Positions 27,086-36,633 of a stretch of 64,000 nucleotides of DNA are shown here, in pieces. Made by a program: the position numbers and the translations under genes. Source of the stretch: Longimicrobiales bacterium (GTDB lineage: Bacteria > Gemmatimonadota > Gemmatimonadetes > Longimicrobiales > Gaopeijiaceae); contig OZ241869.1 in NCBI GenBank assembly GCA_965202805.1, forward strand, positions 1,696,001 to 1,760,000. The letters are read 5' to 3'. The stretch's first letter is position 1. Each line of letters starts with the position of its first letter. The notes beneath the pieces were generated by a model. The model searched no databases. It had not been told where the DNA came from and worked only from the letters and a program-made list of their open reading frames with translations.

Positions 27086-28273
27086 ATGTTCGCTCGCAAG
27101 ACGCCTTCGGCCTTCGCCTTTCTTCCCGATCGCCGAACCGGGCGACCATCTCCAACCGGGTTGCCGCTCGTGTTCGCGGTCCTGGCTGGTGCGACCGCGG
27201 CCTGCGCGGCACCGGATGATCCCGACTCTTCAGGCGCTCCCGATTCTGCCGGTGGGACGGCGGACGGGGTTCCGCAGTTCGAGCCCGTCGAAGGCTGGTT
27301 CCAGCTGCCTGAGGGCTTCGAGTGGGGGCAGGTGATCGGCCTCTTCGCCGACGCCAGGGGACACGTCTGGACCTCGAACAACAGCCGGATAGGGGAGTGG
27401 GACGCCGAGGGGAACCTGGTGCAGTCGTGGAACGCGGCGGGCCCGGACGGCGACTGGAGCACGATTCACGGACTCTTCGTGGACCACAACGACTTCGTGT
27501 GGACGAACGCGCGAGAGAGCCAGATGACGCTCAAGTTCACGCGCGACGGCGAGCACGTGATGACGCTCGGGCGCTTCGATGAAACGGGGGGCAGCAACGA
27601 CCCGACGCTCATGGGCAGGCCAGCCGAGATATGGGTCGATCCCGAGGACAACGAGGTCTTCATCGCCGACGGATACGGCAACCGGCGGGTGATCGTCTTC
27701 GATGGCGAGAGCGGGGAATACCTGCGCCACTGGGGCGCGTACGGGGAGCGGCCGGACGACGACTACGAATGGGATCCGATGTCGGGAGAGCCGTCCCGCC
27801 AGTTCCAGACCGCGCACGGGATCTTCGGTTCCCGGGACGGGCTCATCTACCTGGCGGACCGGGCCAACAACCGGATCCAGGTCTTCCGGCAGAACGGCGA
27901 ATACGTGATGGAGAAGATCGTGCGTCCGCTGTGCCCGCCCGAGGGCGAGCCGGTGCCGGATTGCGGAGGCTCGGCGACCTTTTCCGTCGGTTTTTCGCCC
28001 GACGAGGCACAGACCTGGCTCTACGTTGCCGACGGCGGTTCGCATGTGATTCTGGTCCTGCGGCGCTCGGACCTGGAGGTCGTGGATGAGTTCGGGGGGC
28101 CCGGAGTGGGTCCCGGAGAGTTCGGGCGGCCCCACAACCTGTCCATGGATCCCCAGGGGAACATGTTCGTGGCCGAAGCAGCCGGGCCCATGGTGGTCAA
28201 CGCCGCCGGAGACAGTGTCCAGGCCGGGTTCCGGGCACAGAAGTTCGCGGTGCGGGGAGCGGAGGGGACTTAG
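27086..28273 (+). CDS. NHL-repeat beta-propeller lipoprotein (peptidylglycine lyase-like)
   Basis: TAAC lipobox, IHGLFVD, VFIADGYGNRRVIVFD, IYLADRANNRIQVF, PHNLSMD. Confidence 0.85.
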   Translation: MFARKTPSAFAFLPDRRTGRPSPTGLPLVFAVLAGATAACAAPDDPDSSGAPDSAGGTADGVPQFEPVEGWFQLPEGFEWGQVIGLFADARGHVWTSNNSRIGEWDAEGNLVQSWNAAGPDGDWSTIHGLFVDHNDFVWTNARESQMTLKFTRDGEHVMTLGRFDETGGSNDPTLMGRPAEIWVDPEDNEVFIADGYGNRRVIVFDGESGEYLRHWGAYGERPDDDYEWDPMSGEPSRQFQTAHGIFGSRDGLIYLADRANNRIQVFRQNGEYVMEKIVRPLCPPEGEPVPDCGGSATFSVGFSPDEAQTWLYVADGGSHVILVLRRSDLEVVDEFGGPGVGPGEFGRPHNLSMDPQGNMFVAEAAGPMVVNAAGDSVQAGFRAQKFAVRGAEGT

Positions 28274-28316
28274 GAGGCGAGCGCCCGATGGATGGGGACG
28301 ACTCGGTGAATGACTC

Positions 28317-31046
28317 ATGATGACTTGGTTTGTGACTCACATCCGGTTTGGCTACGTGGCCCTGGCCGGCTGTGTTGCGCTCCTGGTCCTGGCCGGCCCC
28401 GTTGGGCTCGCGGCCCAGTCGACGGACGGCGCGCGCGGGCTCGATCGGGTGCTGGCGTTTCCGGCTGCGGTGGCCGAGGAGCGGCTCGATCCCGACCGGG
28501 GCGCGATGGGGGCATGGCAGCGCATTCTGAAGCTGCGCACGACCGCGAGCCTGCTCCATGTGACCGCCCATCCCGACGACGAGAACTCGGGCATGCTCAC
28601 GCTCGCCAGCCGCGGCTGGGGGGCGCGCACCGCCCTGCTGAGCCTGAACCGGGGGGAGGCCGGCGCCAACGCCATCGGCCCCGAGCTCTTCGACGGTCTG
28701 GGGCTGATCCGCACGCGCGAGCTGGTGCTGGCGGGCCGCTACTACGGCCTGGACGACCTCTATTTCACCACAGCGGTGGACTACGGCTACTCCAAGACGG
28801 TGGAAGAGGCCTACCGGAGTTGGGACCGGGAGGCCGTGCTGGAGGACATGGTGCGGGTGATCCGCCTGAACCGCCCGCTCGTGGTGGTGGCCCGGTTCCA
28901 CGGGTCGAGGCGGGACGGACACGGTCATCACCACGCGTCCGGGCTCCTGACGCCCGAGGCAGTGGAGGCGGCTGCGGATCCGGCCCGGTTCCCGCGACAG
29001 ATCGAGCAGGAGGGGCTTCGGCCCTGGCGGGCGCTCCGCACCTACCGCGGCGGAATTCGAGTGGACGAGCCGTTCCACGTGGAGGTGGATGCCCGCGGCG
29101 AGAGTCCGTGGGTCGGTACGAGCTTTCAGCGATGGGCCAGCCGGGGGCTCGGCCTCCAGCGCTCGCAGACTGCGGGACGGGTGCGAACCGGGGGCGGACT
29201 CTATAGATACGAGTTGCGTGATGCGGGCGGGAGCGCGGGCGCGCGCGGGCGAACCGATGGAGCTTTGCCCCCGGGTCAAGCCGAGGCTTCCTTCTTTGCC
29301 GGTCTGGACACGTCGCTGAACGGGCTTCCCGGCCTGCTGGGCGAGACGGCGAGCCCGGAGAGCGGCGCGTTGCTGGCGCAGCTTCAGGGACTGGTCGATG
29401 AGGTCATCGCCGGGTTCGACTTTCGCGCCCCGGGGCAGTCCGTGCCCGACCTGGTCCGGGGTCTCGGTCTCTTGCGCTCTGCGATTGCGTCCTCTGCGGC
29501 CGCGCCCGAGACCCGGTTCCATCTGCGGCTGAAGGAACGGCAGTTCGAAGACGCCATCGCCGCCGCTGCCGGCCTTCGCGTCGAGGCGGGACTGCCGGGT
29601 GGAGCGGCCGGCGCGGTGGTTGTGCCCGGCCGGACTCTGGCGGTCGGAATCGAGGTCGAGGCGTCCGGAGCTGCAGGTGTTCGAGTCTCGGAGGCCCGGA
29701 TCGTCGACCGGGTTGGGGTCGTGTTGGGCCGCACTGCCGGCTTTGCTCGCGCGGGGAATGGCTTTGCGGCCGAAATCGAGGTGCGGGTGCCCGAGGCGGG
29801 CGCCGATGCGATGGCCGCCGCTCCCTACTTCGCGCGCGACGGGCTCGCGCAGAACCACTACCAGGTGGCGGACTCGGCGGACCTGCACCTTCCGTGGCGG
29901 CGCCCCGCCCTGTCGGTTGCCGTCGACCTGGAAGTTCAGGGGACCACCGTGGTGCGGACCACCCCCCTCACCGCCCCCGTGCCCCGCCTGCCGTACGGGT
30001 CGGTGACGCGCCCGGTCGCGGTGCTGCCCGCCCTGTCGGTCGTGGTCGAGCCGGCCGTTCGGGTGGTCCCGGTGGAGGCCGCGGGCGCGCCCCTCCCCAT
30101 CCAGGTGCGCGTCACCGCCAACACTGCCCCTCTCCCCACCACGACCCGCCTGGAAGTCCCCACCGGCTGGGCCGCCGCGCCCGCCACCGTGGCGCACGAC
30201 TTCTCCCGCGCGGGCGAGGTGGGCGAGGTGGCCTTCGAGGTCACCCCACCGGACGGGTGGAGGGGCGCCGCTACCATCGAGGCGGTGTCGCGGGCGGGCG
30301 GACGCGAATACCGCACCGGCTACCAGACCATCGACCACCGCGACCTCCGGCTGGCCCGCCTGTGGCGCCCCGCCACCACCACCGTGCGGTCGGTGCCGGT
30401 CGCCCGTCTGGACGGCGCGCGCGTCGGCTACGTGATGGGCGTGGGCGACGAGGTGCCGGCCGGAATCGAGGCACTGGGCGCTCAGGTCGACCTCCTCGAC
30501 GCGGCCGCCCTCGCGGACCCCGCGTCGCTCACCGAACTCGACGCCATCGTGGTCGGCACGCGGGCCTACGCCGTGCGGCCGGACCTCCTCGAGCACAACC
30601 AGCGCCTGATCGAGTACGCGCGCGCCGGCGGCCACCTGGTGATCCTCTACCAGACACAGGAGTTCGTGCCCGGGGAGATGGCCCCCTACCCCGCCTCCCT
30701 CCCGCGCGGCGCGGAGGAGGTTTCGGAAGAGGACGCGCCGGTGCGCCTGCTCCAGCCGTCCCATCGGTTCATGACAACGCCCAACCGCATCACCGAAGCC
30801 GACTTCGACGGATGGGTCGAGCAGCGCGGATCCAAGTTCTTCACCGAGTGGGATGCCGCGTACACTCCGCTGGTGGAGACCCACGACCAGGGACAGGAAC
30901 CGCAGGAAGGAATCTGGCTCACGGCCGAACTCGGCGAGGGCCACTACACCTATCTCGCACTCGCCCTGCATCGCCAGTTGCCCTACGGCGTCCCGGGCGC
31001 GTACCGCATCCTCTCCAACGTGCTCTCCGCGGGTGCGGGTCGCTGA
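28317..31046 (+). CDS. PIG-L/LmbE family deacetylase with Ig-like and class-I GATase-like C-terminal domains
   Basis: AHPDDE, RGEAGAN.IGPE, DYGYSK, HGHH, DGWVEQRG, LHRQLPYGVPGAYRI. Confidence 0.9.
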   Translation: MMTWFVTHIRFGYVALAGCVALLVLAGPVGLAAQSTDGARGLDRVLAFPAAVAEERLDPDRGAMGAWQRILKLRTTASLLHVTAHPDDENSGMLTLASRGWGARTALLSLNRGEAGANAIGPELFDGLGLIRTRELVLAGRYYGLDDLYFTTAVDYGYSKTVEEAYRSWDREAVLEDMVRVIRLNRPLVVVARFHGSRRDGHGHHHASGLLTPEAVEAAADPARFPRQIEQEGLRPWRALRTYRGGIRVDEPFHVEVDARGESPWVGTSFQRWASRGLGLQRSQTAGRVRTGGGLYRYELRDAGGSAGARGRTDGALPPGQAEASFFAGLDTSLNGLPGLLGETASPESGALLAQLQGLVDEVIAGFDFRAPGQSVPDLVRGLGLLRSAIASSAAAPETRFHLRLKERQFEDAIAAAAGLRVEAGLPGGAAGAVVVPGRTLAVGIEVEASGAAGVRVSEARIVDRVGVVLGRTAGFARAGNGFAAEIEVRVPEAGADAMAAAPYFARDGLAQNHYQVADSADLHLPWRRPALSVAVDLEVQGTTVVRTTPLTAPVPRLPYGSVTRPVAVLPALSVVVEPAVRVVPVEAAGAPLPIQVRVTANTAPLPTTTRLEVPTGWAAAPATVAHDFSRAGEVGEVAFEVTPPDGWRGAATIEAVSRAGGREYRTGYQTIDHRDLRLARLWRPATTTVRSVPVARLDGARVGYVMGVGDEVPAGIEALGAQVDLLDAAALADPASLTELDAIVVGTRAYAVRPDLLEHNQRLIEYARAGGHLVILYQTQEFVPGEMAPYPASLPRGAEEVSEEDAPVRLLQPSHRFMTTPNRITEADFDGWVEQRGSKFFTEWDAAYTPLVETHDQGQEPQEGIWLTAELGEGHYTYLALALHRQLPYGVPGAYRILSNVLSAGAGR

Positions 31047-31186
31047 ACGGTGCATCAGTCGCCCAGCGTCCCAAGTCGACATCCCGGCGCCCGCGCACCG
31101 AAACGAAGCCAACCCTCGATCCGTCCCAAATCCACATCCCGGCGCCCGCGCATTGCAACGACGCCGGCACCGCACCCCGCTGACCC

Positions 31187-32998
31187 ATGGCCCTGACCTC
31201 CCTCGACTGGATCGTCGTCGCCGTCTACGGCGCCGTGGTGCTCGCCATCGGCTTCGGCATGGCGCGGCGCGCGAGCGGGAGCGTGGAGAACTACTTCATC
31301 GCCGGACGGTCCCTGCCGTGGTGGCTGGCGGGCACCTCCATCGCCGCGACCTGGTTCGCCAGCGACGCGCCCCTCGCCACCGCCGCACTGGTGCGCCAGC
31401 AGGGCATCTTCGGGAACTGGCTGTGGTGGTACGAGGCGGCCGGCATCCTCATGCTGACCTTCTTCTACGCCCGACTCTGGCGCCGCGCCGGGGTGCTCAC
31501 CGACGCCGAGGTGATCGAGATCCGCTACGGAGGCGCGCCCGCCCGCATCCTGCGCGGCTTCTCCGCCGTCTACCAGGGACTGATCAGGAACGCCGTGGTG
31601 ATGGGCTGGGTGATGCTCGCGATGGTGAAGTTCAGCAGCGTGCTGCTGGGGTGGGACCCCGCCCTCACCCTGACCGTCTGCGTCGGGCTGGCGCTGGCCT
31701 ACACGGTGGCCTCCGGGCTCTGGGGCGTCGTCGTCACCGATCTGATCCAGTTCATCGCCGGCATGCTCGGCGCGCTGACCCTCGCCGGCATCGTGCTGAA
31801 CCGCTTCGGCGGCCCCGCCGCCATGGCCGACGCCATCCGGGACGTCCCACAAGCCCCTCCCGGCGCCCTCGACCTGGTGCCAACCGCCGCGAACGCCTCG
31901 TCGCTCGAGATGGTCTCGTTCCTTTGCCTCATCCTCGTCCTCTGGCTGAGGAGCGGACAGGGCGACGGCTACGTGGCCCAGCGCCTGTTCGCGACCCGTG
32001 ACGAGCGCCAGGCGGTGAAGGCGTCGCTCTGGTTCGCCTTCGCCGGAACGGTCCTCCTTACATGGCCGTGGATCGTCGTCGGTCTCGGATCGCTGCTGGT
32101 CTTCCCCCCCGCGACCATGGACGCCGCGCTGGCCGCCGACCCCGAGCTCGCCTACCCGATGATGATCCGCGACCTGATGCCCGCCGGGCTGAGAGGGCTG
32201 ATGGTCGCGACCTTCCTCGCGGCCTTCATGAGCACCATGGACACGCACCTGTGCTGGGGCGCGTCCTACATGGTCAACGACGTCTACCGGCGCTTCATGC
32301 GCCCCGGCCGCTCCGAGCGCCACTACGTCGCGGCCTCCCGGGTCGCAGTCGTGCTGCTGGCCGGAGTCGCCGCGCTGGTGGCATGGCAGATGGACTCCAT
32401 CCAGCGCGGCTGGATCTACATCATCGAGATCACCGCCGGCATCGCGCTGGTCTGGCTGCTCAGGTGGTACTGGTGGCGGGTCAACGCCTGGGCCGAGATC
32501 GCCGCCATGGCCGGCTCGGTGGTGCTGGCCAACACCCGGGTGCTGCTCGGGCTGATCGAGCCCGTGGTCCCCGGCGCCGTCCTCCAGGCCGTTGATGTCA
32601 TGTACGCGCCCGGGATGGACTTGGTTCGCGGCGTGCTCATCCTCATCGTCTGCACCGTTCTCTGGGTAGCGGTCGCCCTGGCGACAAAGCCCGAGTCCGA
32701 CGAAGTGCTGGACGGCTTCTACCGCAGGGTGCACCCCGGAGGCTGGTGGGACCGGGTCGCGCGCCGTACCGGCATCACCTCGAACGATCCATCGGCGGGC
32801 CGCATGTGGATGGGCTTCCTGCTCGGGGCGCTCTTTGTCTACGCCAGCCTGCTCGGCGTCGGTTATCTTCTGACCGGAAAGGCCGTCGCGGGCACGCTTC
32901 TTGTTGTGGTTTCGCTGGGCGCGGGAGCGCTGGCGGTGCGGAGCGCACACACGAACGCCGGCGAGACGCCCCATCCGATGACAGGACCCCGCCAATGA
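31187..32998 (+). CDS. sodium:solute symporter family protein
   Basis: YFIAGRSLPWWLAGTSIAATWF, GYVAQRL, AAFMSTMDTHL. Confidence 0.92.
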   Translation: MALTSLDWIVVAVYGAVVLAIGFGMARRASGSVENYFIAGRSLPWWLAGTSIAATWFASDAPLATAALVRQQGIFGNWLWWYEAAGILMLTFFYARLWRRAGVLTDAEVIEIRYGGAPARILRGFSAVYQGLIRNAVVMGWVMLAMVKFSSVLLGWDPALTLTVCVGLALAYTVASGLWGVVVTDLIQFIAGMLGALTLAGIVLNRFGGPAAMADAIRDVPQAPPGALDLVPTAANASSLEMVSFLCLILVLWLRSGQGDGYVAQRLFATRDERQAVKASLWFAFAGTVLLTWPWIVVGLGSLLVFPPATMDAALAADPELAYPMMIRDLMPAGLRGLMVATFLAAFMSTMDTHLCWGASYMVNDVYRRFMRPGRSERHYVAASRVAVVLLAGVAALVAWQMDSIQRGWIYIIEITAGIALVWLLRWYWWRVNAWAEIAAMAGSVVLANTRVLLGLIEPVVPGAVLQAVDVMYAPGMDLVRGVLILIVCTVLWVAVALATKPESDEVLDGFYRRVHPGGWWDRVARRTGITSNDPSAGRMWMGFLLGALFVYASLLGVGYLLTGKAVAGTLLVVVSLGAGALAVRSAHTNAGETPHPMTGPRQ

Positions 32999-33011
32999 AA
33001 GAGCCCAGCCA

Positions 33012-34553
33012 ATGAAAGTCGTCCTGGTCGGTGCCGGAAGCCGCGAGTTCGGACCCGCCTCCATCCGCGACCTGCTGCTGAGCGACGCCCTCTGCGAGAG
33101 CGGACTCGACATCGTCCTCATGGATCTGGACGCCTCGGAGCTCCCGCGGATGAAGGCCTACGCGGAAGCCGTCGCCGGGCGCCTGGGCCGCTCGCCCCGG
33201 CTCTCCGTCACGACCCGCCTCGCCGACGCGCTCCCCGGAGCCGACGCGGTCGTGATGGCTATCGAACTCGACCGCTACTTCTACTGGGCGCAGGACTTCC
33301 ACATCCCGCGCACCTTCGGCTTCCCGCAGATCTACGGGGAGAACGGCGGACCCGGGGGCCTCTTTCACGCGCTCCGCAACATGGGCCCCTGCGTCGACGT
33401 GGCGCGCGCGATGGAGGAGCATTGTCCCGACGCGTGGCTCCTCAACTACACGAACCCGCTCACCAAGCTGTGCGAGGCCCAGTCCCGGCTCACAGACGTG
33501 CGCGTGGTGGGTCTCTGCCACGGGGTCTTTCACGGCATCGAGCAGATGGCGCGCATCCTCGGCGTCCCAGCCGGACATCTCGACGCCCGCGCCAGTGGAA
33601 TCAACCACTTCACCTGGTTCGAGTCGGTGCGCGACCGCGAAACCGGCGAAGATCTCTATCCCCGCCTGAAGGAGCGCGAGCGCGAGGCCCATCTGCTGCA
33701 CGACTGGGACGAGATCGCCCTCAGCCGCATCCTCTTCCGCGTCTTCGGCCGTTTTCCCAGCCCCGGCGCCAACCACATCGGCGAGTATCTGGGATGGGCG
33801 CAGGAGTTTCTCGGCAGCAGCGCCGTGCAGTTCTTCTACGATCCCGTCGAGGGCGCGCCCTGGGAGACGGGCGAGGTGCCGACCTGGATCTACAACCTCG
33901 CCGACCATCCCACCGACATGCCGGCATTCCCGGGCGGTCCCGTGCCCCGCATGAAACCCACCCGGGAACAGAGGGCAGCCGCAGCCGAGGCGCGGGCCGC
34001 GCGCGCGGAGGGAGGATCCGGGAACGCGGACGAAGCCTCCGGGCGCTCGGAGGCCCAATTCGGGAACGACGCCGGCACCGGGTCGGGCAACGACCCGGCC
34101 GGAGAATCCGGGAACGACTCCGGCGCCGGATCGGTCTCTTCGGGCGGACTGGAGTTCCCCGGCCCCCTCACCCCCTCCGGCGAGCTGGCCGTCCCGCTGC
34201 TGGAGGGCATCCTCTGCGGCGTCGACACCTATCTCGACGCGGTCAACATCCCGAACCGGGGCCATGTCCCGGGCCTCCCCGACGGCTCCGTCGTCGAGGT
34301 GCCGGCGCGCGTGGACGCGAACGGGCTCCATCCGCGCAGGATGAAAAGGCTGCCCGAGGGAATCCTGTCGCTGCTGCGCACCCAGACCAGCATCCACCGA
34401 CTCCTCGTGGATGCCTTCGACAGAGGCTCGCGAGGGACCCTGCTCCAGGCGCTGATGCTCGATCCCACGACCCATTCCTACCGCGCGGCGGTCAACCTCA
34501 TCAACGAGATGTTCCGCGTGCAGGGGGATGTGCTGCCGGAGATGGAGTGGTAG
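33012..34553 (+). CDS. glycoside hydrolase family 4 (alpha-galactosidase-like) with low-complexity insert
   Basis: KVVLVGAGS, GENGGPGG, LNYTNP, VGLCHG, GINHFTW, VNIPNRG..VVEVPA. Confidence 0.9.
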   Translation: MKVVLVGAGSREFGPASIRDLLLSDALCESGLDIVLMDLDASELPRMKAYAEAVAGRLGRSPRLSVTTRLADALPGADAVVMAIELDRYFYWAQDFHIPRTFGFPQIYGENGGPGGLFHALRNMGPCVDVARAMEEHCPDAWLLNYTNPLTKLCEAQSRLTDVRVVGLCHGVFHGIEQMARILGVPAGHLDARASGINHFTWFESVRDRETGEDLYPRLKEREREAHLLHDWDEIALSRILFRVFGRFPSPGANHIGEYLGWAQEFLGSSAVQFFYDPVEGAPWETGEVPTWIYNLADHPTDMPAFPGGPVPRMKPTREQRAAAAEARAARAEGGSGNADEASGRSEAQFGNDAGTGSGNDPAGESGNDSGAGSVSSGGLEFPGPLTPSGELAVPLLEGILCGVDTYLDAVNIPNRGHVPGLPDGSVVEVPARVDANGLHPRRMKRLPEGILSLLRTQTSIHRLLVDAFDRGSRGTLLQALMLDPTTHSYRAAVNLINEMFRVQGDVLPEMEW

Positions 34554-34629
34554 CGGCGAACCGCGGGATGAAGCGTGGCCTGGCGACACGGGATCGCCTT
34601 CGCGACGTGCCCGGCATGGATGTGGTGCG

Positions 34630-34869
34630 TTGACCAGGAGGCGCGTCCCGTTCCGGCGCGATCCTCATCATGACGTCGCCGTCGTCCGCACCTTCAGCTA
34701 CCGGTATCAGGGCGAAGTGGCCCGCGCCGTCCTCGATGCCGCGGGCATTCCCTGTATGCTCCAGGTCGATGACTCCGGCGGGTCCGAGATCGGCATGGCG
34801 TTCGCGAATCCGGCCCGGCTACTGGTCAGGGTGAAGGATCTGGAGGAGGCGGAGGAGTTGCTGGAGTGA
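34630..34869 (+). CDS. DUF2007-like small signal-transducing protein
   Basis: VVRTFSYRYQGEVARAVLDAAGIP..RLLVRVKDLEEAEELL; start uncertain. Confidence 0.75.
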   Translation: MTRRRVPFRRDPHHDVAVVRTFSYRYQGEVARAVLDAAGIPCMLQVDDSGGSEIGMAFANPARLLVRVKDLEEAEELLE

Positions 34870-34945
34870 GTGGGAGCCGGCAAGGCCGGGACATGGCCGA
34901 CCGGCTCGAGGCGCTTGCCGGGTCGCTGTGAGGCCGGCCGGGTGC

Positions 34946-35668
34946 CTACCGCACCGGGCGGGCGTACCAGCCGGCCCACGCCGCCTTCCAGCGCCGGAAG
35001 AGCGCGATGAAGAGCGGGTTGGTCCAGACCAGCGTCTTCCACAGGGGCCACTCGTCGAACCGGCGACTGGAGGGTCTCACGCGCGGCGTCCGGATCAGCC
35101 GGACCCTGCCTCCCGTCTTCCGGGCCAGCCTTCTCAGGTTGCCGTAGAAGTCGGTGTCCTCGCCCATCCAGACGTCCTCCGGATAGCCTCCCACTTCGTC
35201 GAACGCGGACCTGCGGCAGAACTGGGTGGCCCCCTGTACCAGCGGGAGCACCGCGGCCAGCACCCGCCACGCCTGCAGGTGCAGCCGGACAACCAGGCGC
35301 CGCGGGTGGTGCTCGGTGTCCACGCCGCCCCCGAGGCACTGCGGGTCGCGCATCGTCTCGTGGATGACCTCGAGGAGGTCGCGCGGGATGTGAACGTCGG
35401 CGTCTACGAAGACCAGCACCTCGCCCGACGCACGGCGCGCCCCGGTGTTGCGCGCGCGGCCGATGCTGCGGACGGGTTCGTGGACGACGGTCGCGCCCCT
35501 GTCGCGCGCGGCGGCGGCGGTTCCGTCCGTGCTGCCGTTGTCGACGACGATCATCTCGACGCCCACGCCGGCTTGCGCGCGGACGTGATCCGCGGCGGCC
35601 CGAATGGAGTCGAGGGTGGCCGGGAGCCATGCCTCTTCGTTATGCGCGGGGACGATGACGGAGATCAT
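34946..35668 (-). CDS. glycosyltransferase family 2
   Basis: ISVIVPAHNEE, VVDNGSTDGT, ARNTGA, FVDAD, GED. Confidence 0.92.
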   Translation of the reverse strand: MISVIVPAHNEEAWLPATLDSIRAAADHVRAQAGVGVEMIVVDNGSTDGTAAAARDRGATVVHEPVRSIGRARNTGARRASGEVLVFVDADVHIPRDLLEVIHETMRDPQCLGGGVDTEHHPRRLVVRLHLQAWRVLAAVLPLVQGATQFCRRSAFDEVGGYPEDVWMGEDTDFYGNLRRLARKTGGRVRLIRTPRVRPSSRRFDEWPLWKTLVWTNPLFIALFRRWKAAWAGWYARPVR

Positions 35669-35747
35669 CGTACTTCCCGGCCCTCAGTCGCCGCGGCTCG
35701 CAGACCGGACCCGGACGTGGCCCGGGCCCGGTTCCACAAACCGCCGC

Positions 35748-36140
35748 TCAGGTTCCTGCCTGGCGGCCCGCCGGTGTCTCGCGGGGACAATGCAGAGCGA
35801 CCGCGTCAACGTTGCGCTCCATCCCACCATGGGGGATGGAGGGAGAGGACAACAATGTCAGGTTGTCCTGGGACGTGAACCGGAAGTGGATGGCATTGGC
35901 GCCGTAATCGCCGGCGTCCTCGCGCAGGCTGTTCCGGAGGCCACCGTCGGTGAAGTGCCAGTTCCGTTTGGCGAAGAGAAGCGCGACCCGCTCGCAGTCC
36001 GCGGGAATTTCGTCGTCGGGCTGGAAGATGTAGACCTCCTCCGCCGGGACCGAGTGCGCCGAGCGGTCCATGAGTACGTAATGGGGTACGTTGACGCAGG
36101 AGGAGACGAACAGGACGGCGACGGCGGCGGTCTTGTTCAT
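35748..36140 (-). CDS. small lipoprotein (DUF4156/YbjQ-like GANA motif)
   Basis: MNKTAAVAVLFVSSC, CERVALL, LREDAGDYGANAI. Confidence 0.7.
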   Translation of the reverse strand: MNKTAAVAVLFVSSCVNVPHYVLMDRSAHSVPAEEVYIFQPDDEIPADCERVALLFAKRNWHFTDGGLRNSLREDAGDYGANAIHFRFTSQDNLTLLSSPSIPHGGMERNVDAVALHCPRETPAGRQAGT

Positions 36141-36544
36141 GAAGCCCCGCTCTGCCCCGTCCCGCTCAGGCAATGCAGCGCGAAGGCTCGTGCGTCGCGT
36201 CCCCGCCGGGCCGACATGAGGTATCGTGCATCCCTGATCTCGGGCAGGTCCGTGCCCTGCCAGTTCGCCGCCTCCGACATGAACTGGATCTGGATCGCGT
36301 TGGCGCCCAGTTGGCCCGCTTCCTTGCGGAGTTCGTGCAGCAGATCGCCGAAATCGCGCCCCATGTCCCCGGCGGCGGCGAGGACCGCGATTCGCTCGCA
36401 GCCCTCGGGAACCTCGTCGTCGGCCAGGAAGACGGTGACTTCCTCCAGCGGAACGGGATAGTCCGAACGGTCCACCAGAACCGCGCGCTTTACGCCGATG
36501 CAGGCGGTACTCAGGACGAGCGCCGCGACCGCAATCTTCTTCAT
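36137..36544 (-). CDS. small lipoprotein, paralogue of the neighbouring gene
   Basis: MKKIAVAALVLSTAC, CERIAVL, LRKEAGQLGANAI. Confidence 0.7.
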   Translation of the reverse strand: MKKIAVAALVLSTACIGVKRAVLVDRSDYPVPLEEVTVFLADDEVPEGCERIAVLAAAGDMGRDFGDLLHELRKEAGQLGANAIQIQFMSEAANWQGTDLPEIRDARYLMSARRGRDARAFALHCLSGTGQSGAS

Positions 36545-36633
36545 CAGGGCTGGCTCTCCCATCGTCGGGATCCCGTCCACGCCCTTTTCATACCGGAGCC
36601 TGCGCCTGCGGGTCCGCCGGCACGCCCGGAGTC

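Noticed and set aside
31079..31152. 19-bp direct repeat ACATCCCGGCGCCCGCGCA (two copies) in an intergenic gap
   Set aside because: Only two copies and no further structure; probably a local duplication.
24031..34589. Very long opposite-strand ORFs (24031..26988 +, 28197..31175 -, 31055..33121 -, 32775..34589 -) and similar ones elsewhere
   Set aside because: Antisense shadows of real high-GC genes with no protein motifs.
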